Part shown: positions 52,001 to 61,321 of the stretch, in pieces
Layout: every line of letters begins with the position of its first letter
How positions within the stretch are numbered: position 1 is the first letter of the stretch
Source: Sphyrna mokarran
Lineage: Eukaryota
Direction of reading: 5' to 3'
Length of the DNA: 64,000 nucleotides
Assembly (NCBI GenBank): GCA_024679065.1
Contig: JAGIQG010000012.1
Span: 9,796,001 to 9,860,000, forward strand
Notes under the pieces: generated by a model
Told to the model about the DNA's origin: nothing
What the model saw: the letters and a program-made list of their open reading frames with translations, nothing else
Databases searched by the model: none
Program-made: the position numbers and the translations under genes

Positions 52001-55000
52001 TGGTACCCTCTCCATGGCAATGCCTTGACCAGTCAACCCCCTTTCCTTATTCTGCATTTAAAATCTGATATTCTTGCGTCTGTGTGGTTGTAAGGTAAAA
52101 ACCTTTGACTCTGATTTTCAGCATTACTGAAATTTACTAGAATCAAGCCACTTTATATTCATTTTTTTAAATGTCTTCAATCTCTGATCCTTCTAATTCT
52201 GGTTTGATAAAAACCCATAGATTTATGGTTTTTAAGCCATGCTAATCTTTAATACTGCTTAGGAATTCCTGAGTACTAAAAGAAATCGGTCCTCTTGAGA
52301 AATTAGGAAATTGTTGCTTTGGTGTAATATTTTATATTTGGTATGGTCATCTATTGCACCGTTCCCATTCATAAATCTGTATATTGTCAAGTTTTGGATG
52401 TAACCCTTAGAGAGAGAAGTCAAAAATCAGTAGATGAGTTTCTCCCAGTTTCTGTGTCTCATCGCTTAGCAATATATTTGGGCAACAGTGCTGACCATTT
52501 GGGAGCAGGTCAGATAGTCATTGTGTTAGCTATGAAATAATGCCTGGTATGGGAATCCCTATAACTAAGAGAATTTGACAAACTGCTATAATTAATTAAA
52601 AATCTACTTGGGGATAATTATTGTATCGCCATTTGCTTTCTTTAATTGTTCTTTTGCATGAAGCCACTTCTAAGCAAAATCTCAAAACTGAAAATTACAA
52701 ATTCTAATCATTCAGTATTGTCTTCTGTTGTGTTGAAATTTGCTTGGATTCTTGTTTTCATTTTACATGTATGCAAATATTAAAAAGAAGCAAGGATGCA
52801 CATTTATGCTTATATAAGCAAGGTTACATGTTTAGTGCAATTTTTAGAACTACTGTATTTGTACATTGCCACAATCACCTGTCATTTTTTTTCAGTTGGC
52901 TCATGTGACTGCTTTGAAGATGAATGGCGATAAAGGTATATATTGAGCTAAAAAATGTCATTTTATTTTCTTAGCATTGCATTTTGAAATTCTTTTGAGA
53001 GCTATCATATGGTGTTCTTCTGAATGACAATCTGGAAAATGTTCTTTTGAACTATGTTTTAAACGTGTGCTTAATTCTTTTGTGATTTGCAGTATTTCTA
53101 TGAGTAACAAGACTGATTTTGAATTCCAAAAGATTTTTGTTTTTGTAGACCTTGTATTTTATTTCGCATGTAAATTCAGTAACAGGAATGTTGTTCTATA
53201 TAGTTATTTGAAAAGAGCATTCCTACTTTGAAACAAATTTTTTTTAGGTGGTAACCTACAAGATTGCTTGTTATCTAACATAGTTGCAGTCGGTTGTCTA
53301 CAGATAATGTTAAAAGTCAACAGATCGTAATCTGAGCAAAGGAAGTCCTAATGAAATTCTTGTTTTTAAAAAATGAGGTTGTGGAAATAATTTCAGAGTT
53401 ATGATCTCATGTTTGAGTTAAAAGTCTCTGAATCTTCGTTCTTGCAATTTATATTCTCTGAACCCCACTGAGGTTAATGTCTTGAATCCAATGAAATTTC
53501 AGAATCTAAGATTCATAATAACCATTTCTACATTGCTGTCGTACTTATGAGATCACTTGCACTATCAGAGGCAAAATAGAGGCAATGCACCAAATTTTAA
53601 GTTGAAAATCACTTGATTTTATTTATTATAGGAGTAATCAAATATTTCCAAAATTGCCAGCAGTAATAATGTAGAAATAGAAGACATTTATGCAAAGGTT
53701 GTTGCAGGTGCTGTGAAGTATTTAAAGTAAAGAAAATAAATATAATCTTTAGACATTATTCCACTGACATGAATAGTTAGGCTCAAACTGACTGAAATAT
53801 GTGCTATCTATGTATTCCTAATAACTTAGCATATAAAACAATGAGTTACCAGGATGGATACCTACTCGAGTTTGTTAGAAAATAGCTATAATTAAACTCT
53901 CACCATTTCTCCTGATATTTAATGAGCACTATATTTAGAAGGACAAAGACATGAAGTGGCGTTGATTCTCCCAATATACTTAAGAGGTATAAATGCTTAG
54001 CATGGAGCTTGAGCTTTTAACTTGCAGTTTGCCTCTGAGAAAAATGGCGTGGATACATTTGTTAAGAACTTCTAAAGTTCCTTTCCTGTAGCATGGGCGA
54101 ATACTTTCTGCACAATCCCTGCCTCCAGTATTTTGTTTCCTCATTCCATCTTTCTGTTGCTGATGGGATTCCATAGGCAACAGTTGGTCTTCCAATACTT
54201 GCTTCCCCTAACCAAATAAACATTGTTCATATGAATTTTGATGGTGACTGTCTCAATGTCTTGACCCAATGCTCAAATAAGTGCACTTTTAGTAATGTCA
54301 CTAGCCATTGATCAGAATTTATGAACCCAAGTAAATTTGATTCTCAGTGCAGGATACAGGGTATTAACTATAACATCCTGACCACTTTCAGCATCCCCAT
54401 ATTCCCAGTCCTGATGGAGATTAGTTAACTCATTGCAGACCAGTTGAAGCAAGGTGAGTCATGGCATGTATTGCTTTCCCACCTTGGCCTCCATTACTTT
54501 TGGAAAATTGAATATTTGAATAACAAATATTCCCATAGACTTTCCATCTCCTTTACCTATCAGTTAGCTCAATTGGCTGGACAGCTGGTTCCTGATTCAG
54601 AGCGATGCTAATAGTGCATGTTGAATTCCTGTACCAGCTGAGGTTATCTTCTCAACCATGCCTCAGTCTGAAGTATGGAGGTCCTCGGGTTAAATCTCCA
54701 CCAGTCAGCCCCCTCCCAATTTTTGCAAAACCCAAATTAGTGGAATGTATAGAATAGAAGCTGTTTTTACTTGAGAATGCTCTATGCAGCTTGGTCATGA
54801 TTCTCCAATCTGGATCAGTGAAATATGAATATTTCATAGTTTACTATGAAAGATTTGATCATAATAGTCTTTTTGATCATTGTGGTTTAAATGGTTACTA
54901 TATGCATTTTCATACATAGATGTGAGTTTGAGCTTCTACTCATCAGCAATGTTCCTTATTCCCAGTGGATAATGTTGCCTTGAAATTTTGATGTCAACCC

Positions 55001-58000
55001 CAACCCTAAAACTACCAACTTCACAGAAGCTCTCTAAAATGTGTGGGTTAAATGAATTGACCATGTTAGATTGACCCTTAGTGTCAGGGGGTTAATAGGG
55101 TAAATAGATGGGATTACAGAGAGAGGGCCTGGGTAAGATTGTTGTTAGTGCAGGTGTGACGGGCTGAATGGCTTCCCTCTGCATTGTAGGTGTGTGAAAA
55201 TCTCCACCACTTGGAAGATCAACCTTTGTAAAAAGTTGTAATAGAATTAATATGTCACTTCTGAGTATACTAATCAGAGGATTAAAAATATCAAATACAG
55301 CAAAAAAATAAAGAAATTCAATTATTGCTTCTACTATATGAAATTAATTTCTTGAATTCATACATAAGCAAAAAAAATCAACACACTTTATTTTGTGCAT
55401 TAACCTTTGGGTAACTTTTGAAAATTAATGCTTGAAACATGTCATTCAAATTTTCAGTTAATTGAACTCTAACTTAAATATACACTTCAAATATTGCTGT
55501 GTTAATTTTGTAAGTAGCTTTTGATCTAATGTGTTCAAAACTCACATTTGAGTTCTCTTAATTCCTTAGAACACTTAGCTGATGATGAAAATGATGCATC
55601 AGATAACCAGCCATTCCCTTCCTTGCAGCAGGTACACAGTTTCATGTATAAAATGTTGATTGTATAGAATATTCAGTAGTTAACTTTGGAGCACTGTTTC
55701 TAACTCTTAAATGAGAAATGTTTGCATGTGAGTTGTGGCACTCTTCTTGCGCTGAATGGTAAGCCACTGCTGGCATTTTCATTCAACAATGGGTATTCCT
55801 GAAGTTAGCATCAGTTTTTAAAACAATATACCAAGACATTGATTTAATTTAGTTAGAATTATGGTGCTCTCCAAATGCTGTTCTTTCGGAAACAAATTTT
55901 ATTCAGTTGCGCAATCAATTTTAAAGTTATTTTGTACTTCTGAAGTTTGCATCCTTTGTGAGTCAGATAATATTGATGCATTTTTTTGCATGAATTAAGA
56001 ATATAATTTGTCTTTTTAGGTTTTAGTATGTGTGCCTGAGCATATTGGATTCAACATTGAAATTAAATGGCCTTATCAACAAAAGGTAAGTAACCTAAAT
56101 CCTCGGTACCTCAATTTTGAGAGGTTTTTAATTTGTTGTACTGTGGTTGGTGCCACAGCTTGAAAGCACAAACTGTTGATGAATTCTAGGGCAGCCTGTA
56201 ATGAAAATGAATTGATGAGAATTTGTCTATTCTGGACATATTTTATAGGGTAAATTTCAATTGTTGAATTTTATCAGACTGGAAGGAAAACTTCAAATGA
56301 TCGCTAAGCTCAGTGAATTAGCAAGTGTTGATTTCAGTCAGTAGTAGCCTTGCTGCCTCTGTCTCAAGGCTATGTTAAAATAGTGAATTGAATTGCTAAT
56401 GTAGGCTAGCACAAGGTGTGTGCTACACTAATATTTTTTTTCCCATTGCCTCACAACACCAGAGTCCCACGTGCAATTCTGACCTTGGGGCTCACATTGT
56501 ATGCAGTTTGCACATTCTCCCTGTGTCTGCATGGGTTTCCCCTGGGTGCTCTGATTTCCTTTCACAGTTAATGATGTGTGGGTTAGGTTGATTAGCCATG
56601 CTTAATTGACCCTAGTGTCAGGGGGATTAACAGGGTAAATGTTTGGGTTGCGGGAATAGGATCTGGGTGGGATTGTGATTGGTATAGACTTGATGAGCCG
56701 AGTGACAACTTCTATACTGTAGGGATTCTATTCTATTCTGTTGAAAGTGACGTTCTCATTAGCTGTTAATCCAAGAAGCATTATTTGAAGATGCAGATAG
56801 ATGCACAGAAGACTATGCTACCTGCTTTTGAATCTAGCATAGACTTTAGATTGATTTTCAATTTACAGACCCTAAAGGGAAATTAATTTGAAATATAAAC
56901 TCAAAGCACAAGCCTGCAGCACAATACTTATCGCTTCCTGCATCATTTGCTACAAAATAACATAAAATACAAGATACTCAAGGACCTTAACAGGATAGAT
57001 TTGCTGTGGCTATTTCCTCTGAGAATATCTAGAACAATGGGCCAGCCATTTAAAATGAAGATAAGGCAAAGCTTTTTTCCATTGAGTTATGAGTCTTTGA
57101 AACACTGTTTCTGAAGAGGTGGTGGAAGCAGGGTCTTTGAAATATTTTTATGGCAGGTAGATAGATACTTGTTAAACAAAGGAGGTTATCGGAGGAGTGG
57201 AATGAAGTATAACGTTACTAAGATCAATGGTTGTTAAATAGCGAAGCAAGCTCGAGGTAAATGGTCTGCTGCTATTTGTTCATATGATCAATTTTGTTCT
57301 AAGATCCTGTGGGTTACCAGTGTGGCGATCTTCTATTTAAGCAGAAAGGAAACAGGATGAAGGAATGGGGAATATAGATACTAAACTTAGTTGTGATTTC
57401 AATTTTAAAAAGGCTTGTGTCCTGAAAGTCATTGCAACATTGGCCAAAGGGTACTGTAACTCATGTATGCTGTCATATTTGAAGTTTTGTTTTCTGCGCT
57501 GCTTATCAATTACTTTTAAACTGTGTTAACTGTCAGTGTTAACTAAAACAAGTTTTAAAATGTGTATTTTCTTATTACTAGGATGGCACTTGGGAAGGCA
57601 ACTTGCCATCCTATTTGGACATGAATCACGTTGTTGACATAATCTTAAAATGTACCTTGGAAAATGCATCTAATCGAAGAATAGTGTTTTCCTCGTTTGT
57701 TGCTGACATCTGTTCAATGTAAGTTTATTTTAAATACTTGAGTTTAGTATTTTTACTTCCACGCAACTTCAGATTCTGATCGCCATGTTGCTTGAGTATG
57801 GTTCTGTGAGATCACTAGCCATCTATCTTGCAGAAGTATTATATCTTTCTCCTGGTGGGGTGTAGCTTGATCCTGACCTCATCCAACTTACCAAGAACAT
57901 CCGATGTACACGTGTGCATGCTTAGAGTAGATGGAAAACAGGCGTAGCAGTTGTAGCTGAGTCTTCATTTTCCACCCCATCGCTAATCAGAGTTCCTTCA

Positions 58001-61000
58001 GACTATGAGTTAACCTCTACTTAGGAAAAATTCCCTCATTGCTATATGATATAAATACTGTGAATTCAGATTTGGACTTGACAACATAATCATATACAAC
58101 AAAAACTGAAAATGCTGGAATATCTTAGCAGATTTGAGAGCATCTGTGGAGAGAGAGAATTGAGCCAGTGTTTCAAGTCTGGATGACCCTTCATCAGAGC
58201 TGAGGGTAAAGAAAGTCAGATATTTGTTATGAGGGCAGGAGGTGTTTGGTGGGGGGGGAGGATGCGGGAATACTGTGAAAGGACAAAAAAAAATTTAAAT
58301 GAGGATAAAGTCAGCTGAGCGAGATACAAAAAGTGTCCATTAAAAGGTCAGATTGTATGAATGGCAGAACAGAGGTACAGATAGTTAAGGCAGTTGGCCT
58401 GAAAGGAGACAGTGGGGGCTGGAAAAATGGAAGAGAGAAAGAGGGATGATAAAAATGGATGAATGAGATTAAAAAATAGAAACAGAATGAAATAAAATAA
58501 ATGGATCCTAGCTATATATAATACTTCCTCAAACAGCAGTTTGATAGCTTAGGAAGGGACCAGTTTACTGTTCCCGTCGCTTCTCTCCTTTGCAGTGAAA
58601 AATCATGTACGTTTGAGACCTGAAAATCTTCATATTTGATTTTCTCCAAATGTCGAGTATCAACACTTGATTCCAAGCCAAGAACTTAACTACTTGGTTT
58701 GGGAGTTAGAGAGCTGCTAAAGTGCTTTGTGGTGCTCTTGCTGACAAGCTAATTTGCATGTTACTGCATTCAGAGGTTAAATGTTGAGTAATAAGATTTT
58801 TTTGACTAATTTGAATGTAACTTTGACATCCACCTTTCTTAAAAGCATGCATTTAAATGGCACTTTCATAGCGCTTTCCTAACTCTTTCATAGCCAATAA
58901 ATTACTACGGTGAGGTGTAGTTCTGCCTTTGTGCATATTTGTTTGAAGTCTGCCTAATATAAATGACTACCTAATATGGGAATTTCCGATATCTAGCAAA
59001 AAACAAAACGTATTTTGTTTCCTCAGTGTTTGCAAAATCATATAAGCCACTGATCAGCATCCTATGATTCTTCAAATCTCTAAGGCTAATGGTTAAATTG
59101 ATGTGCTAGAACTGGTTAACAAGTTTGAACATTTTTTAAATCAATAATGTACCAGAGATGAACTATACTTGCCACCAGTAGCATAGTATGAAATAAAGTG
59201 GGATGTTCTGTGCCCTCCTCAGTGCCTAAAACATGATATTTGTCATATGTTGGAGGCAATGGGCATTACTGCCCCTTTCCCATTGGTCTTCTAAAAGGAA
59301 CTGACAAAACGAGGGGAGTTAATGTTTAGATTCTTCCAAAGTTTAAATGCTGAACCATTTTATTTTCCCAGGATCAGGCAGAAGCAAAACAAGTATCCAG
59401 TTCTTTTCTTGACCCAAGGCTTCTCCAACATCTACCCTGAGCTGATGGATCTCCGGTGCCGAAGCACACCAATTGCAATGAGTTTTGCACAGTCAGAAAA
59501 TATTCTGGTGAGTACCAGTGCTATACATTTACTTGTATCTAAGTGAAAGAGGACTACCTTTAATATTATGCTTTCAAATAATTCTTTATTTCACTTGAAC
59601 ATTTTGGTTTTGTTAAAAGGGAGTTAGTGTTCACACTGAAGACTTGCTACGAAACCTGGACTATATTCAACAAGCCAAGTCAAAAGACTTGGTCATTTTT
59701 TGCTGGGGTGATGATACCAATGACTCTGAAAACAGGAAAATATTGAAGGAGAATGGAGTTGATGGCCTCATCTATGACAAGTAAGATCAAAACCATAACT
59801 TTAAATTGTACTTGAATTGCTATTAAGTATCAAAATCAGTGAATTCTCATCACTGGGAAGAATACATCTTTGTTTTATTAGCATTGTTGGAACATGTTAG
59901 ATATTAGCAATGCCAGTATTTACTGCCCATTCCTAATTGGCCTGACAAAGTCGAGGTGGAGCATCTTTTCAGAACTCGGCATGCTTCAATACACCAGTAT
60001 TCAATCAAGAACAAGTTTACTAAATAACAATTTTAGAATAAGCTAATACTGTTATAGAAGTAATATTTGTTTTTACAGCCCTTTTAAATAGAGAAAAGTG
60101 CAGCAAATTTGATGCTGTAATACATTTTCACGCTGTTTCTATATAAGAAAGAGCTTAAAACTCCTCTTAATTAAGATTTTAATCAGGGAATGTCTTTGAA
60201 TCCAAGCTACACAGCAAATGAATCAACTCATCTTTCAGTTTACTGCAGATACAGAATAAGTGCAGAATCCACTTGCTTGTATTTTAAACACCTGATCACT
60301 CTAATTCTGGTTTGTTTATATCTCAGGCACCTTGGATACTAACTCATTCCAGTAATTCTTTTTGAGAATAAGTTATGTGGAGGATATTAGGTTGTGTGTT
60401 TCTAAGTCTAGCAATCCTATATTTATGTGCCTGCTGAGTTACTCTTTGCCATATTCTTACTGCTCAATACTTCAGTTTCTCTCCTCCCTATTTTCATGGT
60501 GTATTTGGGTTCTTTACCATAAAGTAAATAATCAGAATTGGATTACGTATTTTTTGACATTGCAATGTTCATTAATATTTTAATTTAATTTTTGAACTCA
60601 GGCAATATCTTACACATTGTCCTCTTATTTCAAAACTCACAATTTAGTAAGTGCATTGTTATGTTATATATGTCACCACCATAAAGATCCATGTCAGTAG
60701 CCCTCAAATTAAGCTGGTTGAGTCATGGCAGTAAATGTTAGTGAGTTATTCATCTATCATGTGCAATGGCATCAAGTCTGAACTTCACCAGCTAGCTACA
60801 AGCATACTTTTTTTATTAGCCATTAGTCAATAGTAAGCTGGGATTGTCGTTTTTTTTTCCCCTTCCATCTTCCTCCCAAGTCCAGTGGTATAAGATCAAT
60901 TGTGCTCTGAAATTGCTAACTCAGTATCCACTGAGGTTTGAAAGTAAAATCAGGAAGGTCTCACTAATCTGAACCATTCTTTTCTAAATTGGAATGATTT

Positions 61001-61321
61001 TGTTTCTAAGCATGTTAACTAGGAGGATTTTAACATTCTGCGTACTTGTGACAAATATTTTTTTCATTTTAAAACAGGATTTGTGACTTACTGCTGGGAC
61101 AAACCAACATCTTCCAAGTAGAAGAATTAGATGAATTAAAGCAACAATTATCAGAGGAGGCATTTGTTGATTGCACGTGTTCTGATGTCAACCGTTTTAG
61201 TTGTCAGTCAACTCCTGTGGACAGTTTCAATAGGAGCAGTTATTCAAGCGAATTAAAGAGTTGTGAACAAGAAGCATACAGTACAGAATCTGACTCTGGG
61301 CAAAGTTGCAGTTCATTTTGA
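21998..61321 (+). CDS. GPCPD1: Glycerophosphocholine phosphodiesterase 1 (GDE5): CBM20 plus GDPD domain, 19 coding exons, 2067 nt, 688 aa
   Basis: join(21998-22046,24609-24699,25991-26075,28470-28545,32918-32959,38392-38515,40743-40983,42844-43000,44982-45111,46365-46419,48926-49018,50138-50215,52896-52935,55570-55631,56020-56085,57582-57718,59372-59507,59620-59780,61078-61321). Frame is open throughout. Motifs GHRG, ENT, VEFDV, YHD, FNIEIK, GVDGLIYD. Confidence 0.97.
23059..23300. mobile_element. Fold-back Penelope-like element with 11-bp target-site duplication
   Basis: Inverted arms about 23096-23191 and 23203-23300; GTCCTTGAGCC at 23048-23058 and 23301-23311. Confidence 0.8.
24609..24699 (+). 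CDS. GPCPD1: GPCPD1 exon 3 (EVFAVCGNSAVLGNWYPQKAVLL, CBM20)
   Basis: ccctag|...AG|gtaagt; CBM20 LGNW motif. Confidence 0.95.
24985..25090 (+). mobile_element. Isolated SINE alternative tail (another copy at 16520-16623, - strand)
   Basis: gtgtggcgactaggg...gtaacttcattgcagtgttaatgtaagcctacttgtga..aataaac. Confidence 0.75.
25991..26075 (+). CDS. GPCPD1: GPCPD1 exon 4 (LIWRATVILPLSTVFQYRYFKCYIMEPK)
   Basis: ttctgcag|...AAG|gtaagg. Confidence 0.95.
28470..28545 (+). CDS. GPCPD1: GPCPD1 exon 5 (NPADLRQVLVNKWETHPHPRSFNPS)
   Basis: gactcag|...G|gtatgt; KWETH motif. Confidence 0.93.
30065..30240 (-). mobile_element. CR1-type LINE 3' tail
   Basis: cctgctttgccattcagtaagatcgtggctgatctt...tatctcagccttaaatgtatt. 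Confidence 0.7.
32210..32480 (+). mobile_element. CR1-type LINE 3' relic
   Basis: taagactgagctgagggattttttt...gtgaatctt, followed by the family tail. Confidence 0.55.
32918..32959 (+). CDS. GPCPD1: GPCPD1 exon 6 (RECILNDGYFGIF)
   Basis: Long pyrimidine tract ending ttctag|...A|gtaagt; 42 nt. Confidence 0.9.
36612..36917 (-). mobile_element. Near full-length HE1/V-SINE-like SINE
   Basis: tRNA-like head, V-type core (gggaggaaactggagcacctggaggaaa) and CR1-type tail. Confidence 0.88.
37430..37830 (-). mobile_element. Deu-domain SINE, decayed
   Basis: Reverse-complement similarity to 960-1330. Confidence 0.55.
38392..38515 (+). CDS. GPCPD1: GPCPD1 exon 7 (GVEKLDSGWLTCQSEIRLRLHYSEKPPVSISKKKFKKSRF)
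   Basis: ttcacag|...AG|gtaaac; near-identical to the remembered human segment. Confidence 0.96.
39180..39850 (-). mobile_element. L2-like LINE relic
   Basis: Similar to 1480-2180 and reverse-complementary to parts of 9800-10100. Confidence 0.55.
40743..40983 (+). CDS. GPCPD1: GPCPD1 exon 8 (VKLTLEG...DNLELIFDFFE)
   Basis: tttaaag|...GAG|gtatgg; ORF track 40744. Confidence 0.97.
42844..43000 (+). CDS. GPCPD1: GPCPD1 exon 9 (EELGVAVVQGDALPG...TIGKVK)
   Basis: ttttcag|...AAG|gtatca. Confidence 0.97.
43710..44220 (-). mobile_element. CR1-type LINE relic
   Basis: ggccattcagc tail, cctcatgatttcgaatac and ccagaactgaatgcagtact (YCIQFW on the - strand). Confidence 0.65.
44982..45111 (+). CDS. GPCPD1: GPCPD1 exon 10 (DYLVIKP...LDVGHRGAVNTSSA), catalytic His
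   Basis: tatgtag|...AA|gtaagt; GHRG motif. Confidence 0.96.
46365..46419 (+). CDS. GPCPD1: GPCPD1 exon 11 (LAKVRENTIASFKNAANH)
   Basis: ctttcag|...CAT|gtaagt. Confidence 0.96.
47110..47445 (-). mobile_element. CR1-type RT fragment
   Basis: KAHGIFAFIS..EYNSKEVLIQLYKTLIRPQLE. Confidence 0.85.
47795..48572 (+). mobile_element. Penelope-like element: inverted pseudo-LTR, GIY-YIG C-terminal relic and 3' pseudo-LTR
   Basis: VGEHVSSHRHS..DLWVSILQ...RIAEQKLRAKFRTH...DLGFMSHY; 47831-48030 is the reverse complement of about 48360-48572. Confidence 0.85.
48926..49018 (+). CDS. GPCPD1: GPCPD1 exon 12 (GAAFVEFDVHLSKDLVPIVYHDLTCCISMKK)
   Basis: cttgcag|...AAG|gtatgt; metal-binding EFD and YHD. Confidence 0.97.
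49485..49613 (-). mobile_element. Penelope-like terminal repeat fragment, second family (also at 47455-47545)
   Basis: aaagcaaattactgtggatactgg...cagcatctgt...tttcgagtccagatgaccc. Confidence 0.65.
49708..49903. mobile_element. Short fold-back Penelope-like element, same family as 23059 and 47795
   Basis: gatgtggagatgcc...gtccaacaggttt...gagctttc and the inverted aaagctcgtg...tgttggattttaac. Confidence 0.75.
50138..50215 (+). CDS. GPCPD1: GPCPD1 exon 13 (KLDKESSELFEIPVKELTFEQLQLLK)
   Basis: ctttcag|...AAG|gtatga. Confidence 0.96.
50690..51000 (-). mobile_element. CR1-type LINE 3' relic
   Basis: ttccacattctcactactct (RVVRMW on the - strand); GDLI..GLTKVNAGKMF. Confidence 0.65.
52896..52935 (+). 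CDS. GPCPD1: GPCPD1 exon 14 (LAHVTALKMNGDK)
   Basis: ttttcag|...AAG|gtatat. Confidence 0.93.
54560..54718 (+). mobile_element. Probable tRNA-derived SINE of a distinct family
   Basis: A-box-like tagctcaattgg and B-box-like gttgaattcc. Confidence 0.45.
55570..55631 (+). CDS. GPCPD1: GPCPD1 exon 15 (HLADDENDASDNQPFPSLQQ)
   Basis: tccttag|...CAG|gtacac; QPFPSL motif. Confidence 0.93.
56020..56085 (+). CDS. GPCPD1: GPCPD1 exon 16 (VLVCVPEHIGFNIEIKWPYQQK)
   Basis: tttttag|...AAG|gtaagt; NIEIK motif. Confidence 0.96.
56445..56738 (+). mobile_element. HE1/V-SINE-like SINE (partial copy also at 55040-55190)
   Basis: gcctcaca head, gggtttcccctgggtgctctg core, ctgtagggattctattcta tail. Confidence 0.85.
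56970..57290 (+). mobile_element. CR1-type LINE 3' relic
   Basis: agaacaatgggccag..ttaaaatgaagat..ggtggtggaagcagggtc..gatagatactt. Confidence 0.6.
57582..57718 (+). CDS. GPCPD1: GPCPD1 exon 17 (DGTWEGNL...RRIVFSSFVADICS)
   Basis: ttactag|...AT|gtaagt. Confidence 0.96.
58095..58500 (-). mobile_element. Penelope-like terminal repeat with hammerhead-like core
   Basis: Reverse complement reads gctctgatgaagggtcatccagacttgaaac...ctccacagatgc...ttccagcattttc. Confidence 0.7.
59372..59507 (+). CDS. GPCPD1: GPCPD1 exon 18 (IRQKQNKYPVLFLTQG...SENIL)
   Basis: ttcccag|...CTG|gtgagt. Confidence 0.97.
59620..59780 (+). CDS. GPCPD1: GPCPD1 exon 19 (GVSVHTEDLL...GVDGLIYD)
   Basis: ttaaaag|...AA|gtaaga; preceded by a 112-nt intron. 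Confidence 0.96.
61078..61321 (+). CDS. GPCPD1: GPCPD1 terminal exon coding part (ICDLLLGQTNIFQVEELDELK...GQSCSSF*)
   Basis: aaaacag|; NIFQVE motif; TGA at 61319-61321. Confidence 0.93.

Noticed and set aside
26076-61077. Intronic snoRNA or miRNA genes
   Set aside because: Scattered TGATGA and CTGA words but no convincing box pair with a terminal stem; an Infernal/Rfam scan would settle it.
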